In this document: one piece after another, positions 9,235 to 19,049 of the stretch
Numbering within the stretch: the stretch's first letter is position 1
How the letters are laid out: every line of letters begins with the position of its first letter
Origin: Myxococcota bacterium
GTDB lineage: Bacteria > Myxococcota_A > UBA9160 > UBA6930
Direction of reading: 5' to 3'
Assembly (NCBI GenBank): GCA_965223415.1
Contig: OZ245002.1
Span: forward strand, 1,600,001-1,664,000
DNA: 64,000 nucleotides
Notes under the pieces: model-generated
The model's database searches: none
Seen by the model: only the letters and a program-made list of their open reading frames with translations
What the model was told of the DNA's origin: nothing
Program-made: the position numbers and the translations under genes

Positions 9235-10023
9235 TCAGTCCACCGAGCGTCCGAGAGTGGAGATCTCGAAGATGCGGCGTCGGATCTTCTTGTCGACCTC
9301 GAGGGCGGTCACCTCCAGGGTCGTGGTCGAGCCAGCCAGCAGGTCCTCCATCACGAGCCGACTCGGGATGCGCACGCCGTCCTGCTCGATCAGGGACGAC
9401 AGGTCCGCCCGCATCACCTTCCGCAGCTGACCGCCGGGCTCGAACATTTCGCTCTTGGCGGGGACGCAGGTCCCCTGGGAGACGTAGGTCACGACCCGCT
9501 CGTAGGCCGATCCGTCTTCCGGCTTCTTCGTCTGGGCGAAGGCGTCCATCGCGACGCCGTCCACGTCCGTGGCGGGAAGTCGCTCGGTGGCGCCCGCCAT
9601 CGCCAGGCCCTGGAGCTGCTGGAAGTCCTCGTAGGTGAAGTCACTCCCGAAGAGCGAGCCGGACACGGTATGGGAGGTGATCCGCCGGCTCTTCTGCAGC
9701 TCCGGCGAGTAGAGGAAGAGATCGGTGCCGTCGTCCCGCTCGATCAGGAGCACCGCGGAGCCGCGCACGTCTTCCGGACTCAAGACCTGGATACGCGCGC
9801 GGGAACGCTTCTCCTTGAAACGGTTCCACCAGATCTTCGCCTTGAGCTCACGGCTGGAGCCCCCGCGGTCCTGGGTGCGCAGCGTTACTTCCTGGACGCT
9901 GCTCTTCTCCGGGAAATTGGCGCGGACGCAATCGGCGAGGGCCTCGATGCCCTCCTCGGCGGCGAGGGCGGGGCTGGAGCCGAGGAACACGACAAGGAGC
10001 AGGGCGGAGGGGGTGCGGAGCAT
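9235..10023 (-). CDS. Outer-membrane lipoprotein-sorting (LolA-like) protein, MMPL partner
   Basis: Signal peptide; SPEDVRGSAVL, LYSPELQKSRRI and LFGSDFTYEDF motifs; directly upstream of MMPL. Confidence 0.8.
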   Translation of the reverse strand: MLRTPSALLLVVFLGSSPALAAEEGIEALADCVRANFPEKSSVQEVTLRTQDRGGSSRELKAKIWWNRFKEKRSRARIQVLSPEDVRGSAVLLIERDDGTDLFLYSPELQKSRRITSHTVSGSLFGSDFTYEDFQQLQGLAMAGATERLPATDVDGVAMDAFAQTKKPEDGSAYERVVTYVSQGTCVPAKSEMFEPGGQLRKVMRADLSSLIEQDGVRIPSRLVMEDLLAGSTTTLEVTALEVDKKIRRRIFEISTLGRSVD

Positions 10024-10295
10024 GCCCGGGAGGGTAGGCCCGCTGGTACCCCGCGCTCAACCCGAGCGGGTCTGCTCCCATTCTTCAAGCTCCAACACGG
10101 CGATGACGTCCGGGAGAGAAGGCACGCCGAACCGCCTCGCATGCAGAAGGCGGGCGCCAGCGACGACGGATGCCAGGCCGGAGGAATGGAAGCCGCGGCT
10201 ACGAGGCCAACGAGCGCGAAAGCTGCTGGTCGCCCTGCGGCGCTGCTAGGCGGGCCGAACGGCGGGGGAACCGCCGAGCCCGGCGGCGGACGCGG

Positions 10296-10380
<85 letters not shown>

Positions 10381-10797
10381 GGGGGAGAAGGGTAGCAAGG
10401 GCGGTCAGTTGCAGAGGCGCCGCAAACACCCCGCGGGTGTGACGTCGCTTGTTGCTGCTCCTGCCTCTCGCGTATCGTGTACAGACGGCGCTTCCGTACA
10501 TGGCTACAAGCCAAGCTCCTGACGAATCGCTGCGACTCGAATAGGTCCTGGAGGGGGAGTGAGTGAGCCCCGGTGGTTCCCGAGTAGCTGAGAGGCCGCC
10601 CAGACGATCTGCAGAGGTTGTGCGCCGCGCTGACGAAGCCGGCGCTCCACCCCATCGATCTGCGGCCAACTCCATCTGGGGCATGAGCCAAGGCTGGCTC
10701 GCTCCGATCGCCGTTCCTGCATCGGAGGTCTGCCCGCTCATGCGGTGGATCGGCGGGATGAACCGCATGCAGCGGCGCCTCCGGGGAGGGGAGTGAC

Positions 10798-11377
10798 ATG
10801 ACGAAGTCGAAGTGGACCTGGGCGATCCTGGCCGGGATCTGGACCGCCTTCTTCAGCTGGTACACCTCCTTCGGAGGGCCGCTCACCGACGAGGAGGTCG
10901 CGCACTACATGGAGCTCATGGCGCAGGGGGAGCCTGCGCCCCGGGCCGAGGGACTCGCGAGCATGCGGAAGTGGATGGAAGACGCCCCTGCAGATCGAAG
11001 GGGTCGAGCCGGGGGAGACCAGCGAGGAGGTGCAGGCGAAGTACATGGAGTACATGACCCCGCTGCTGTTCAAGCGCGCGTGCCACCCGGTGTTCTGGGG
11101 CCGCGCGGCCAACACGGCGATGGACCTGATGAACGCCGACGGGATGGAGACCTGGTCCGCGGCCGCGGGCATGCGCTATCGCAGCCGCCGCGACCTGCTC
11201 GAGATCGCGATGAACCCCGAGTTCGCGGGACGCCACGAATTCAAGGTCGCCTCGTTGGCGAAGACGATCGCGTTCCCCATCGATCCCTGGTTCCAGCTGG
11301 GCGATCCCAGGCTCGTGCTCGGCATGCTCTTGGGGCTGATCGGATGCGCGGTTTCCTGGTGGGCCGCCGCCCGCTGA
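10798..11377 (+). pseudogene. Membrane-anchored hypothetical protein, frameshifted near 10981
   Basis: Protein-like N-terminus MTKSKWTWAIL..MRKWMED in one frame; continuation TPLQIEGVEPGETSEEVQAKYMEY..RYRSRRDLLEI..C-terminal TM in the +1 frame. Confidence 0.6.
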
Positions 11378-11559
11378 CGCGTCGTCAGCGCGGGTCCTCG
11401 TCGTCCTCGTAGCCACCTGCCTGGTGGTCGGCCTCGGGCTGTGGCTCGGCGGGGCGCGATCGCTGGTGGTGCAGGTCGCCCACCGGATGGCCGAGCCCGC
11501 AGCGCTGGAGCCGCCCGCGGACATCGAGGTCCGACGGGAGCGTGGAGCTTCATGACGGC

Positions 11560-11862
11560 CTACGGTGCCTGCTTGACGTGGATGTCGTTCACCTTCCACG
11601 CGCCGCCGATCTCGCGCCAGACGGTGCCGATGACGGCTTCCTGCGCGTCCGTGCCGACGTGGAGGTCGACGGGATGGTCCTCGCCTTCCGGGGCCAGCAG
11701 CTTTGCCTCCTTGCGGATCACGGCGCCTTGCGGTTGCTGGCCCTGTCCGAGGGCCATCGCCTTCTGCATGCCTTCGGGTGTGAACGTGGCCATCAACCCG
11801 GCCATGTTCTGGGCGATGAGGTCTTCGATGAACTGGTTGGCAGCTTCCTGGAGGTCGGCCAT
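11560..11862 (-). CDS. Hypothetical protein, possibly NTF2-like fold
   Basis: AAGGAG RBS, coding-like composition, WREIGGAWKVNDI C-terminus. Confidence 0.65.
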   Translation of the reverse strand: MADLQEAANQFIEDLIAQNMAGLMATFTPEGMQKAMALGQGQQPQGAVIRKEAKLLAPEGEDHPVDLHVGTDAQEAVIGTVWREIGGAWKVNDIHVKQAP

Positions 11863-11889
11863 GGGGGGCTCCTTCTCGGGGTCGGGTTC

Positions 11890-13527
11890 CTAGTTCGGGT
11901 AGTAGACGAACTCGTCGTCGGGCGACTCGGGCTGGTTCAGATGCTTGTCGATCGAGATCGCGGTCGCCGCGCGTGACGGCCAGCGCGGCGGGGCCTGCTC
12001 GGCGAGGTGCCCAGCGAGGATCGCGTCGAGCTCGGCCACCTTGTCGTGCCGTTCCCCGGCGAGGTTCCGCTGCTCGGTCGGGTCGGTGTTCAGGTCGAAG
12101 AGCCACACGAGCTCGTCGTTCGGTCCGCTGCGCTGCAGCTTCCAGCCCTGGTGCCGCACGACGCGGTAGTGGTCCTGCGTCCAGAAGAGCGTCTCGTGCG
12201 GAGTGCCCTCCGCTTCGCCGCGGACGTAGGGCAGCAGGTCGACGCCGTCCACCTTGCGGTCGCCCGGGATCTCCGCGCCCGCGGCGGCCGCCGCCGTGGC
12301 GAAGATGTCGAAGTGATGGACCGCTTCGCCGTAGCGCCGCCCGGGCGCGACGCGCGCGGGCCAACGCAGCATGTACGGCACGTGGATGCCGCCTTCGAAG
12401 ATCTTGCGCTTGCGTTCGTCGCTCCAGTCCGCGCTGATCTCTGCGATGTACTCCTGCACATCGGGGTACAGACAGGTGGGGTGCGGGAAGTCGGTTTCGA
12501 ACATCACGTTGTCCTCGCCGACCACATCGATCAGCGCCGTCGGTGCGATCCTCTCGAACCAGAAGCACCCCCAGAAATGGTCGCGGAAGTACTCGCTGGG
12601 CTCCTTCTGCAACGGCTGCTCCTGCTGGGAGCCGGTCTCATGCCATTCATAGTCGAGCGCTTCGAGCACGAAGGGGATCCAGCCGATGCCGCTCTCGACG
12701 GAGACGCACTTCAGGTTGGGGCAGCGGTCGAACACGCCGCTGTAGATCATGTTCGCGATCACACGCGAGTTCTCGATGAAGAGCGCCGCGCTGCCGAGCG
12801 CGAGCCTGCGGCGCATGCCGTTGCTGGCCCAGGCCGCACGACCGAACATGTTGAACGAGGTCTCGCTGGCCCCGATGTGGAAATTGATCGGCATGTCGGC
12901 GGCGTCTGCCGCTTCCCAGAAGGGAAGCCAGGCGGGATCACCGAGGTCGGGCAGCCCGACGCTGTCGGGGTCGCTGCACATCACGATTCCGCGCAGACCC
13001 ATCTGCTTCGCGCGCTCGAGCTCGGCGACGCTCTGCTCGATGTTCCACCACGGCATGAGCGCCATCGGAAGCAGACGGTCGTTCGAGTCGGCCTGGATCT
13101 CGGCCATTGCCTCGTTGTAGATCTGGGCGCACGAGAGCCGCAGCCCTGCATCCTCGACCTTCATGAAGTTCTGGCTGCCGAAGCCGGCGACGTTCGGGTA
13201 GAGGATCTGCGCGTACAGCCCGGACTGGTCCATCACCTCGACGCGCGCCTTCATGTCGTACGACGCGAGGTGCACGTCCTCGATCTGCCAGCCGAAGAAC
13301 TCGGTCCCTCGTGACTTCGAGCCGTCACGGGCGATCACGCTCGTCGGGATGGCGGTCTGAAGCTGGATGTCACCATCGACGATCCAGGCGCGCTCGGCGC
13401 CCGTGCCCTTCACCTGAGGGACACGGTCCTTGAGCGAAGCTGGGGCTCGAGCCGTCCAGAGGTCGTGCGGTTCGGTGATGTGGGCATCGACGTCGATGAC
13501 CGAGAGATCGCTTGCGACTGCAGCCAT
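11890..13527 (-). CDS. Chimeric ORF: amidohydrolase_2 family protein fused in frame to the C-terminal part of a sulfatase
   Basis: IDVDAHITEP..FHIG..VESGIGW..FETDFPHP, then FEGGIHVPYMLRWP..DGVDLLP..LFDLNTDPTEQRNLA. Confidence 0.75.
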   Translation of the reverse strand: MAAVASDLSVIDVDAHITEPHDLWTARAPASLKDRVPQVKGTGAERAWIVDGDIQLQTAIPTSVIARDGSKSRGTEFFGWQIEDVHLASYDMKARVEVMDQSGLYAQILYPNVAGFGSQNFMKVEDAGLRLSCAQIYNEAMAEIQADSNDRLLPMALMPWWNIEQSVAELERAKQMGLRGIVMCSDPDSVGLPDLGDPAWLPFWEAADAADMPINFHIGASETSFNMFGRAAWASNGMRRRLALGSAALFIENSRVIANMIYSGVFDRCPNLKCVSVESGIGWIPFVLEALDYEWHETGSQQEQPLQKEPSEYFRDHFWGCFWFERIAPTALIDVVGEDNVMFETDFPHPTCLYPDVQEYIAEISADWSDERKRKIFEGGIHVPYMLRWPARVAPGRRYGEAVHHFDIFATAAAAAGAEIPGDRKVDGVDLLPYVRGEAEGTPHETLFWTQDHYRVVRHQGWKLQRSGPNDELVWLFDLNTDPTEQRNLAGERHDKVAELDAILAGHLAEQAPPRWPSRAATAISIDKHLNQPESPDDEFVYYPN

Positions 13528-13729
13528 GGGGTCCTCGAATGACTCGCGGGCGCGAAGGCGCCGCCTCTCGGATGGTACCCCGTCCCCTCGACCAGCCAGC
13601 CAGGAGAAGCTCATGGGCAGCCTGACCGACGGGATCCATGGAGGCCGTCGCGAGCGTCGCCAGACCTGCCAGCGGGCCCGGGCGTTGCGGGATGCTACCG
13701 CTACGTGGTGACGGCGCCGCGCACAGCGC

Positions 13730-15400
13730 CTATCGGAAAACGACCGGAGGCCGATGGGGAAGGTCAGCTGGCGGGACGCGATGATGGCCGGTGGCCGGTC
13801 CCACCCCCTTCATCTTGCGGGCCACGCGCTCGGCGACCATGACGCAGCCGAGGTAGGTGTTGCCGGCCGGGATCGTCGGCATCACCGATGCATCGGCGAC
13901 GCGCAGGTTGGGGATGCCGTGCACCCGACAGTCGGCATCGAGGACCGGGCCCATCGGACAGGTGCCGACCATGTGGCCATAGCTCATCGTGTTACGCTCG
14001 AGCGCGGTGGCGATCGCGTCCTCCGCCCCGAGATCGTGGGGGAACAGGGGCTGCGCCTCCAACGCCAGGTAGGCGGCGGAGCGTTCCCAGGCCGCGAGCT
14101 GGTCGAAGGCGTGGCGCAGCCGCTGGGGTGCGTCTTCCGGAAGCGGCGGGGCCACGACCGTGGGGCCGGCCTCGGGCGTGCTACCCAGCCTGATGCTGCC
14201 GCGACCGCTCGAGCGCAGCAGGAAGACGGCGAGCACGAACATGGTGGACGCGGCGGTTGGCGTGGCCAGGAACTTCATGGCACCCCACGAGGCCCTCCAT
14301 CCCGGGTTGGTGCTCTCGTTCCTGGATCGCGCCATGAAGCGCAGCTTCTCCTTGAAGGTGAGAGGATTCTCCTCGGGGTCATGGACCGAGATGGGCATCA
14401 GGTGGTAGTCGACGTCCTTCCCGTTCGACGCGCCGACGAGAACGATCTGTGCGGGCCCGGCGATGCCACCCCGCGGCCCGTCGTGGCGGTAGGGAATGCC
14501 GGCACCGAGGTGATCGCTCATCGTCGACCCCACCGGAAGATCGGTATGAACGGGGATGCCGTGCTCCGCGAGGTGCTCCTTCGGCCCGACCCCGGATCGA
14601 AGCAGCATCGTCGGGGACCAGAGCGCCCCGGCCGCGATCACCACTTCGTCCGCCTCGATCTCCTCACCGCTCGTCAGCACCACACCCTTCGCGCGTCCAG
14701 CCTCGATCTCGATCGTCGCGACCTCGGCGTTCGTCCGGATCGCGAGATTGTCGCGCGTGCGCACCTCGGAGCGGAGGTAGGCGAGACTCGTCGAGACCCG
14801 CCGCACCTGCTCGTCGATCGTCACCGGGAAGATTCCGATGCCCGGAAGCTCGCTCGGATCGTTGATGTCGGCTGAGGCCGGCTGGCCAGCCTCGATCATC
14901 CCGTCGTAGAACGCGGCCTGGCTGCGGCTGATCTCGTCCTTGCGCCATCGGCGGACAGGCAGCGGCCCGTCGCCCCCGTGGATCGGCGAGGCGCCGAAGT
15001 CCATATCCCGCTCTGCCGCCATGAACGTGCTCTTGACGTCGTCCCAGCCCCAACCGTCGAGGCCGGCATCGGCCCAGGCGTCGTAGTCGGCCGGCTGTCC
15101 GCGCAGTGTCGCCAACCCGTTGACCGCGGAGGTCCCGCCCAGGAGGCGCCCCTGGACCATCGAGATCGGGCCCGTCTCCGTGGCCATCGCCGTGGGTACG
15201 AGGTGCTCCTCCACGTCCGTCCAGTTCCGGGAGGCACGGCGAGGCTCGAGGACGGCCTCGTCGTACGCATCGTGATCGGGGCCCGCCTCCAGCAGCGTCA
15301 CCGAGTGGTTGGCGTCTTCGCTGAGCCGCGCCGCGAGCACGCAGCCCGAGGTCCCTCCACCAACGACGACGATGTGCCGCTTCCGATCGGCCGTCTCCAT
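13730..15400 (-). CDS. GMC family oxidoreductase
   Basis: VVGGGTSGCVLAARLSE, GRLLGGTSAVNG, HMVGTCPMG and LRVADASVMP..GNT motifs; GGAGG RBS. Confidence 0.9.
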   Translation of the reverse strand: METADRKRHIVVVGGGTSGCVLAARLSEDANHSVTLLEAGPDHDAYDEAVLEPRRASRNWTDVEEHLVPTAMATETGPISMVQGRLLGGTSAVNGLATLRGQPADYDAWADAGLDGWGWDDVKSTFMAAERDMDFGASPIHGGDGPLPVRRWRKDEISRSQAAFYDGMIEAGQPASADINDPSELPGIGIFPVTIDEQVRRVSTSLAYLRSEVRTRDNLAIRTNAEVATIEIEAGRAKGVVLTSGEEIEADEVVIAAGALWSPTMLLRSGVGPKEHLAEHGIPVHTDLPVGSTMSDHLGAGIPYRHDGPRGGIAGPAQIVLVGASNGKDVDYHLMPISVHDPEENPLTFKEKLRFMARSRNESTNPGWRASWGAMKFLATPTAASTMFVLAVFLLRSSGRGSIRLGSTPEAGPTVVAPPLPEDAPQRLRHAFDQLAAWERSAAYLALEAQPLFPHDLGAEDAIATALERNTMSYGHMVGTCPMGPVLDADCRVHGIPNLRVADASVMPTIPAGNTYLGCVMVAERVARKMKGVGPATGHHRVPPADLPHRPPVVFR

Positions 15401-15689
15401 GCCATGGCCTCCTGCCGGTGGCGTCGTGCGCCCCCAGCAGCCTACCTCACCGACGCCCCACGCGAGGGTGCCGTCGGTCAGGGCAACAGCACGGCAAGGC
15501 ACTGGCGGAACCCGCGCTCCTCGTCGCTGCGGACGTCGCGGGTCCCATCGACTAGCACCAGGCCCTCCTCGTGCCGCTGGAAGCCTGCTTGCGCGATCAT
15601 CCCTACCGGCTGGGCGGCCACCCCTCGGCGGCCGACGACTCCTCACTCCTCTCGTCCGGGTTTCGCCGGGCGGGTACGGCGGAAGGGGT

Positions 15690-15937
15690 ACTCCCAGGCG
15701 TTCGACCTCAACGCCGTGGGCGGGATGGCCGGCGTGCCCCTGGCCCCAGGCTGGACGCACACCAGCGAGCTGCTGACTTCGCCCTTCGTCCTCAATACGC
15801 CCGGCGGCGTCGCCAGCGTGCTCGCGCCCGGTGGCGGCCCCTCGGCCTGGCAGAAGATCGTCGTGCCGGAACCGGCCCTCGTCGCGCTCGCGCTGGCCGC
15901 AGGGTTCGCCTCAGCGCGTCGGCGAGCACGCAGCTAG
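15690..15937 (+). pseudogene. C-terminal remnant of a PEP-CTERM sorting-domain protein
   Basis: VPEP (15863-15874) + ALVALALAAGFASA + RRRARS-stop; no upstream start or signal peptide. Confidence 0.55.
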
Positions 15938-17196
15938 CCGGGCTTCGACTCCGAAATTTCGTAGCGCACCTGCAGGTGCTTCAGGCCCGGCACCAGGTTG
16001 GACGCGACGCGCTGCGGCTCGCTCGCCAGCTCGATCGATTCGATGCGCGGGATCAGCTCGCTGTAGAGCGCACCGGTCGTCATCCGCGCCAGGTTCGAGC
16101 CGATGCAGAAGTGCTCACCGATGCCGAAGCCGAGATGGGGGTTCTTCTTGCGGTCGACCCGAAACGCATGCGGCTCGTCGAAGACCTCTTCGTCCCGGTT
16201 CGCCGACGCGTAGAAGAGCACGATCGCGTCGCCGGCCTTGATCGTCTTGCCTCGTAGCTCGTAGTCAACCTGGGCGGTACGCACCATCGTGTTCACCGGC
16301 GTCACGTACCGGATGATCTCGTTGACGGCCTGCTTCTCGATCGAGAGGTCGGCTTTCCAGTTGGCGATCTGTTCCGGGTTCTCGATGAGCGCACGGAGCC
16401 CACCGCCAATTCCTCCGCGCGTGGTCTCGTGCCCCGCGGTGAAGGTGATCAGGAAGTAGCCGAGCGTGTCGCCGGGGCTCATCGGCTCGCCGTCGACGGT
16501 GGCGTTGGCGATCACGCTCGAGAGGTCGTCGGTCGGGTTCGCGCGGCGATCCTCGATGATGCCCGAGAAGAACTGGAACATCTCCAGGCCGAGTTCCATC
16601 ATCCGCGTCTTGCGGTCCGGGTCACGCTGGAACTCGGGATCCGCGCTCCCGAAGAGCTCGTTCGTCAGCTTCAGGATCAGCGGCTCGTCGGACTCGGGCA
16701 TGCCCAGGATCCGGCAGATGATCTTCAGCGGGTGGATGTTCGCGACGTCCGTGATGAAGTCGCACTCGTCGCGCGCCGCCATCTCGTCGATCAGTCCCTT
16801 CGCGGTCTCGTCGATTGCCGGCTTCAGCTTCTTGATCACGTTCGGCGTGAACGCGTGGGCCGCGACCTTCCGGAGCTTGCGATGGTCGTCGCCATCCATC
16901 TGGATGATCGTGCGCATCGTCCCCATGAAGCCGCCCTCGCCCTGCATTCGCTCCGCCTCGAGCTCCTGCTCGAGCGGGTTGATCACCATACGCGGGTGGT
17001 TCGTGAACTTCTCGGGCTGCTTCGAGATCTCGATGACGTCGGCGTGCTTCGTCACCGCCCAGAAGGGCCTCCACCCGGGGAGGTCGAACCTGTGAAGCGG
17101 GTCGTTCGCCCGAAGCTCGTTCCAGATGTCGTGCGGGTAGCCGTGCTCGGCGTAGGCCGACGGCTCCACCAGCCTGAGTCCGTCCAATTCGTTCAT
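15934..17196 (-). CDS. Cytochrome P450
   Basis: AGHETT, EIIR and HLGFGIGEHFCIG heme motif. Confidence 0.95.
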   Translation of the reverse strand: MNELDGLRLVEPSAYAEHGYPHDIWNELRANDPLHRFDLPGWRPFWAVTKHADVIEISKQPEKFTNHPRMVINPLEQELEAERMQGEGGFMGTMRTIIQMDGDDHRKLRKVAAHAFTPNVIKKLKPAIDETAKGLIDEMAARDECDFITDVANIHPLKIICRILGMPESDEPLILKLTNELFGSADPEFQRDPDRKTRMMELGLEMFQFFSGIIEDRRANPTDDLSSVIANATVDGEPMSPGDTLGYFLITFTAGHETTRGGIGGGLRALIENPEQIANWKADLSIEKQAVNEIIRYVTPVNTMVRTAQVDYELRGKTIKAGDAIVLFYASANRDEEVFDEPHAFRVDRKKNPHLGFGIGEHFCIGSNLARMTTGALYSELIPRIESIELASEPQRVASNLVPGLKHLQVRYEISESKPG

Positions 17197-17197
17197 C

Positions 17198-17854
17198 TCA
17201 TCCTCCGGCGGGTCGCGCTCCGGCCGTACCCGGGCTCGTTTGGGGAAACAGGTGCTCGAAGTAGTCGAGCAGGAAACGGGTCTGGCGCCGCAACGCGTCC
17301 GGTGCGAGCGGGTCGGTGCCGCTCGTCTCGCGGAGCAGAGCCGCGAGTGCGAAGTGACCGAACACGACCTGCAGGATCGATGCGGTCAGCAGCGGCAGTT
17401 CCTCGTCGGGCCACTCGTCGGCGCCCGGTCCGCCGCGCACCATCTCGGTCATCCGCTCGATCAGCGGGCCGATCCAGGTACGCGCCAGGTGGGCGAGGAA
17501 GGGCCCCTCGCTGATCGCCTCGACGTAGATCAGTCGCGAGAGTGACGGGTGCGCAGCGAGGTGATGAAGCAGATCCTCGATCAGCCTCGCGAGGTCGGCC
17601 TCCGGGCGATCGCGGTCGATCGCGTCGAGCACCCCGGCGACGGGCTGGAGTCCGCGGTCGAGCACGGCCTGGTAGAGCGCGGTCTTGCTCGGGAAGTAGA
17701 TGTAGAGCGTCGCCGGGCTCACGCCGGCGGCGAGCGCGATCTCGCGCACCCGGGTCCCGGTCAGCCCGCGCTTCGCGAACTGCTCCTCGGCGGCATCCAG
17801 GATCCGAGCTTCGGTGGCTTCGGATTGGCTCGTGGCGACGGCGGCCTGCGACAC
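17198..17854 (-). CDS. TetR/AcrR family regulator
   Basis: RILDAAEEQFAKRG..TRVREIALAAGVSPATLYIYFPSK HTH. Confidence 0.9.
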   Translation of the reverse strand: MSQAAVATSQSEATEARILDAAEEQFAKRGLTGTRVREIALAAGVSPATLYIYFPSKTALYQAVLDRGLQPVAGVLDAIDRDRPEADLARLIEDLLHHLAAHPSLSRLIYVEAISEGPFLAHLARTWIGPLIERMTEMVRGGPGADEWPDEELPLLTASILQVVFGHFALAALLRETSGTDPLAPDALRRQTRFLLDYFEHLFPQTSPGTAGARPAGG

Positions 17855-17877
17855 CTGCAGGGCCCTCCCGACATGAA

Positions 17878-17891
17878 TGAACGTTTGTTCA
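17878..17891. promoter_or_regulatory. Putative TetR operator
   Basis: TGAAC-GTTT-GTTCA inverted repeat in an AT-rich patch just upstream of the tetR-P450 pair. Confidence 0.55.
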
Positions 17892-18202
17892 CATATATCG
17901 TGGAGGTCTTGGGAATGCCAGCCCCATGAGCCTGCTCAGCTCGGTGGGTCGATCCTGATGGGTGACGACCGGGCCCGTTCGCGAATCGTCGCCGGCACGC
18001 GCGGATCCAGCAGGATGCCCAGACGAATAGCGTCGGGTCGGCCATCGCCTCGAGACCGTGAGCACCATCGATCTCCCCGTCGACGACGCGCAGGAGGCCG
18101 AACGCCGCTCGGCGCCTTCGGTTGCGGTTCCGATTCGATCCAGAACGGCGCCGCTGAGGACGCATGCTCGGAGCATCCTGGCTGCGATACCCTCCGACAC
18201 CC

Positions 18203-18919
18203 ATGATCCAGCTGTACGCCCTGCCCCCGGCCTTCGGTCTGCGCAACACGGGACCCTTCGCGCTCAAGTGCGAGATGGCCCTCGTCCACCTCGGGGTCGA
18301 CTTCGAGATCGTTCACGAAGGCGACCCCAGGAAGGGCCCCAAGGGCAAGATGCCCTTCTTGAAGGACGGCGACGCGGTGATCGCCGACTCGGAGCTGATC
18401 CTTCAGCACCTCGACGCCCGAACGAACGGGGGCCTCTACGGGAAGCTGAGCGATGCGCAGCAGGCCGACGGCGTGGCCTTCTCGCGGCTCGCAGAGGAGC
18501 ATCTCTACTGGATCGGGGTAGCCAGCCGCTGGCTCGACGATGATTGGTTCCCTCACATCGCTCGCGGCTTCTTCGGCACGATGCCCATGCCCGTGCGCTG
18601 GATCGCACCCCGCCTGGCTCGCCGCGAGGTGCGACGGACCTACCATCTGCAGGGCCTGGGCCGGCACACCCTCGACGAGCAGAAGGGTTTTGCCCGCCGC
18701 GATCTCGACGCGATCGCCCGCAAGGTCGGCGAGAGACCTTTCCTGCTCGGCGACGAGGTGAACGCCCATGATTTCGCCGTCGCCGCGCTCATTGCAGGCT
18801 TCCTCGACAACCAGCCTGCCACCTGGGCGTCCGCCGTCATCCGCGAGTTCCCGACCGTGGTCGACTACGTGGAACGCGTGCAGGCGACGGTCGGCGTCTA
18901 CGCAAGGGCGAAGTCCTAG
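18203..18919 (+). CDS. Glutathione S-transferase (metaxin/FAX-like) family protein
   Basis: GPFALKCEMAL, GPKGKMPFL and IADSELILQHL motifs. Confidence 0.85.
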   Translation: MIQLYALPPAFGLRNTGPFALKCEMALVHLGVDFEIVHEGDPRKGPKGKMPFLKDGDAVIADSELILQHLDARTNGGLYGKLSDAQQADGVAFSRLAEEHLYWIGVASRWLDDDWFPHIARGFFGTMPMPVRWIAPRLARREVRRTYHLQGLGRHTLDEQKGFARRDLDAIARKVGERPFLLGDEVNAHDFAVAALIAGFLDNQPATWASAVIREFPTVVDYVERVQATVGVYARAKS

Positions 18920-19049
18920 CCGGCGCCACCGCTGTTCGCATGAAGATCCTCGCAGGGCTCTTCCTGATACGGGTGGTGCCCCTGTTGCAGCACCTCTGAA
19001 CAGGCTTTGCGCGGAACGGCGGCCGGCTGCCTCGGTCCTGGATCGTGCG

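Noticed and set aside
6621..9638. Very long alternative ORFs (e.g. 6621..9638, 21742..24486, 2634..4946, 50083..52203)
   Set aside because: Antisense or off-frame shadows of real genes, expected at high GC; Arg/Gly/Pro-rich without motifs (except the VOC tail of 2634..4946).
10440..10790. Intergenic stretch sharing GTGAGCCCCGG and CCTGGAGGG with the leader elements; possible ncRNA
   Set aside because: Matches are short and in a different order, with none of the conserved stems; no recognisable RNA family.
17930..18160. Possible gene remnant between tetR and GST
   Set aside because: No family motif could be identified with confidence in any frame.
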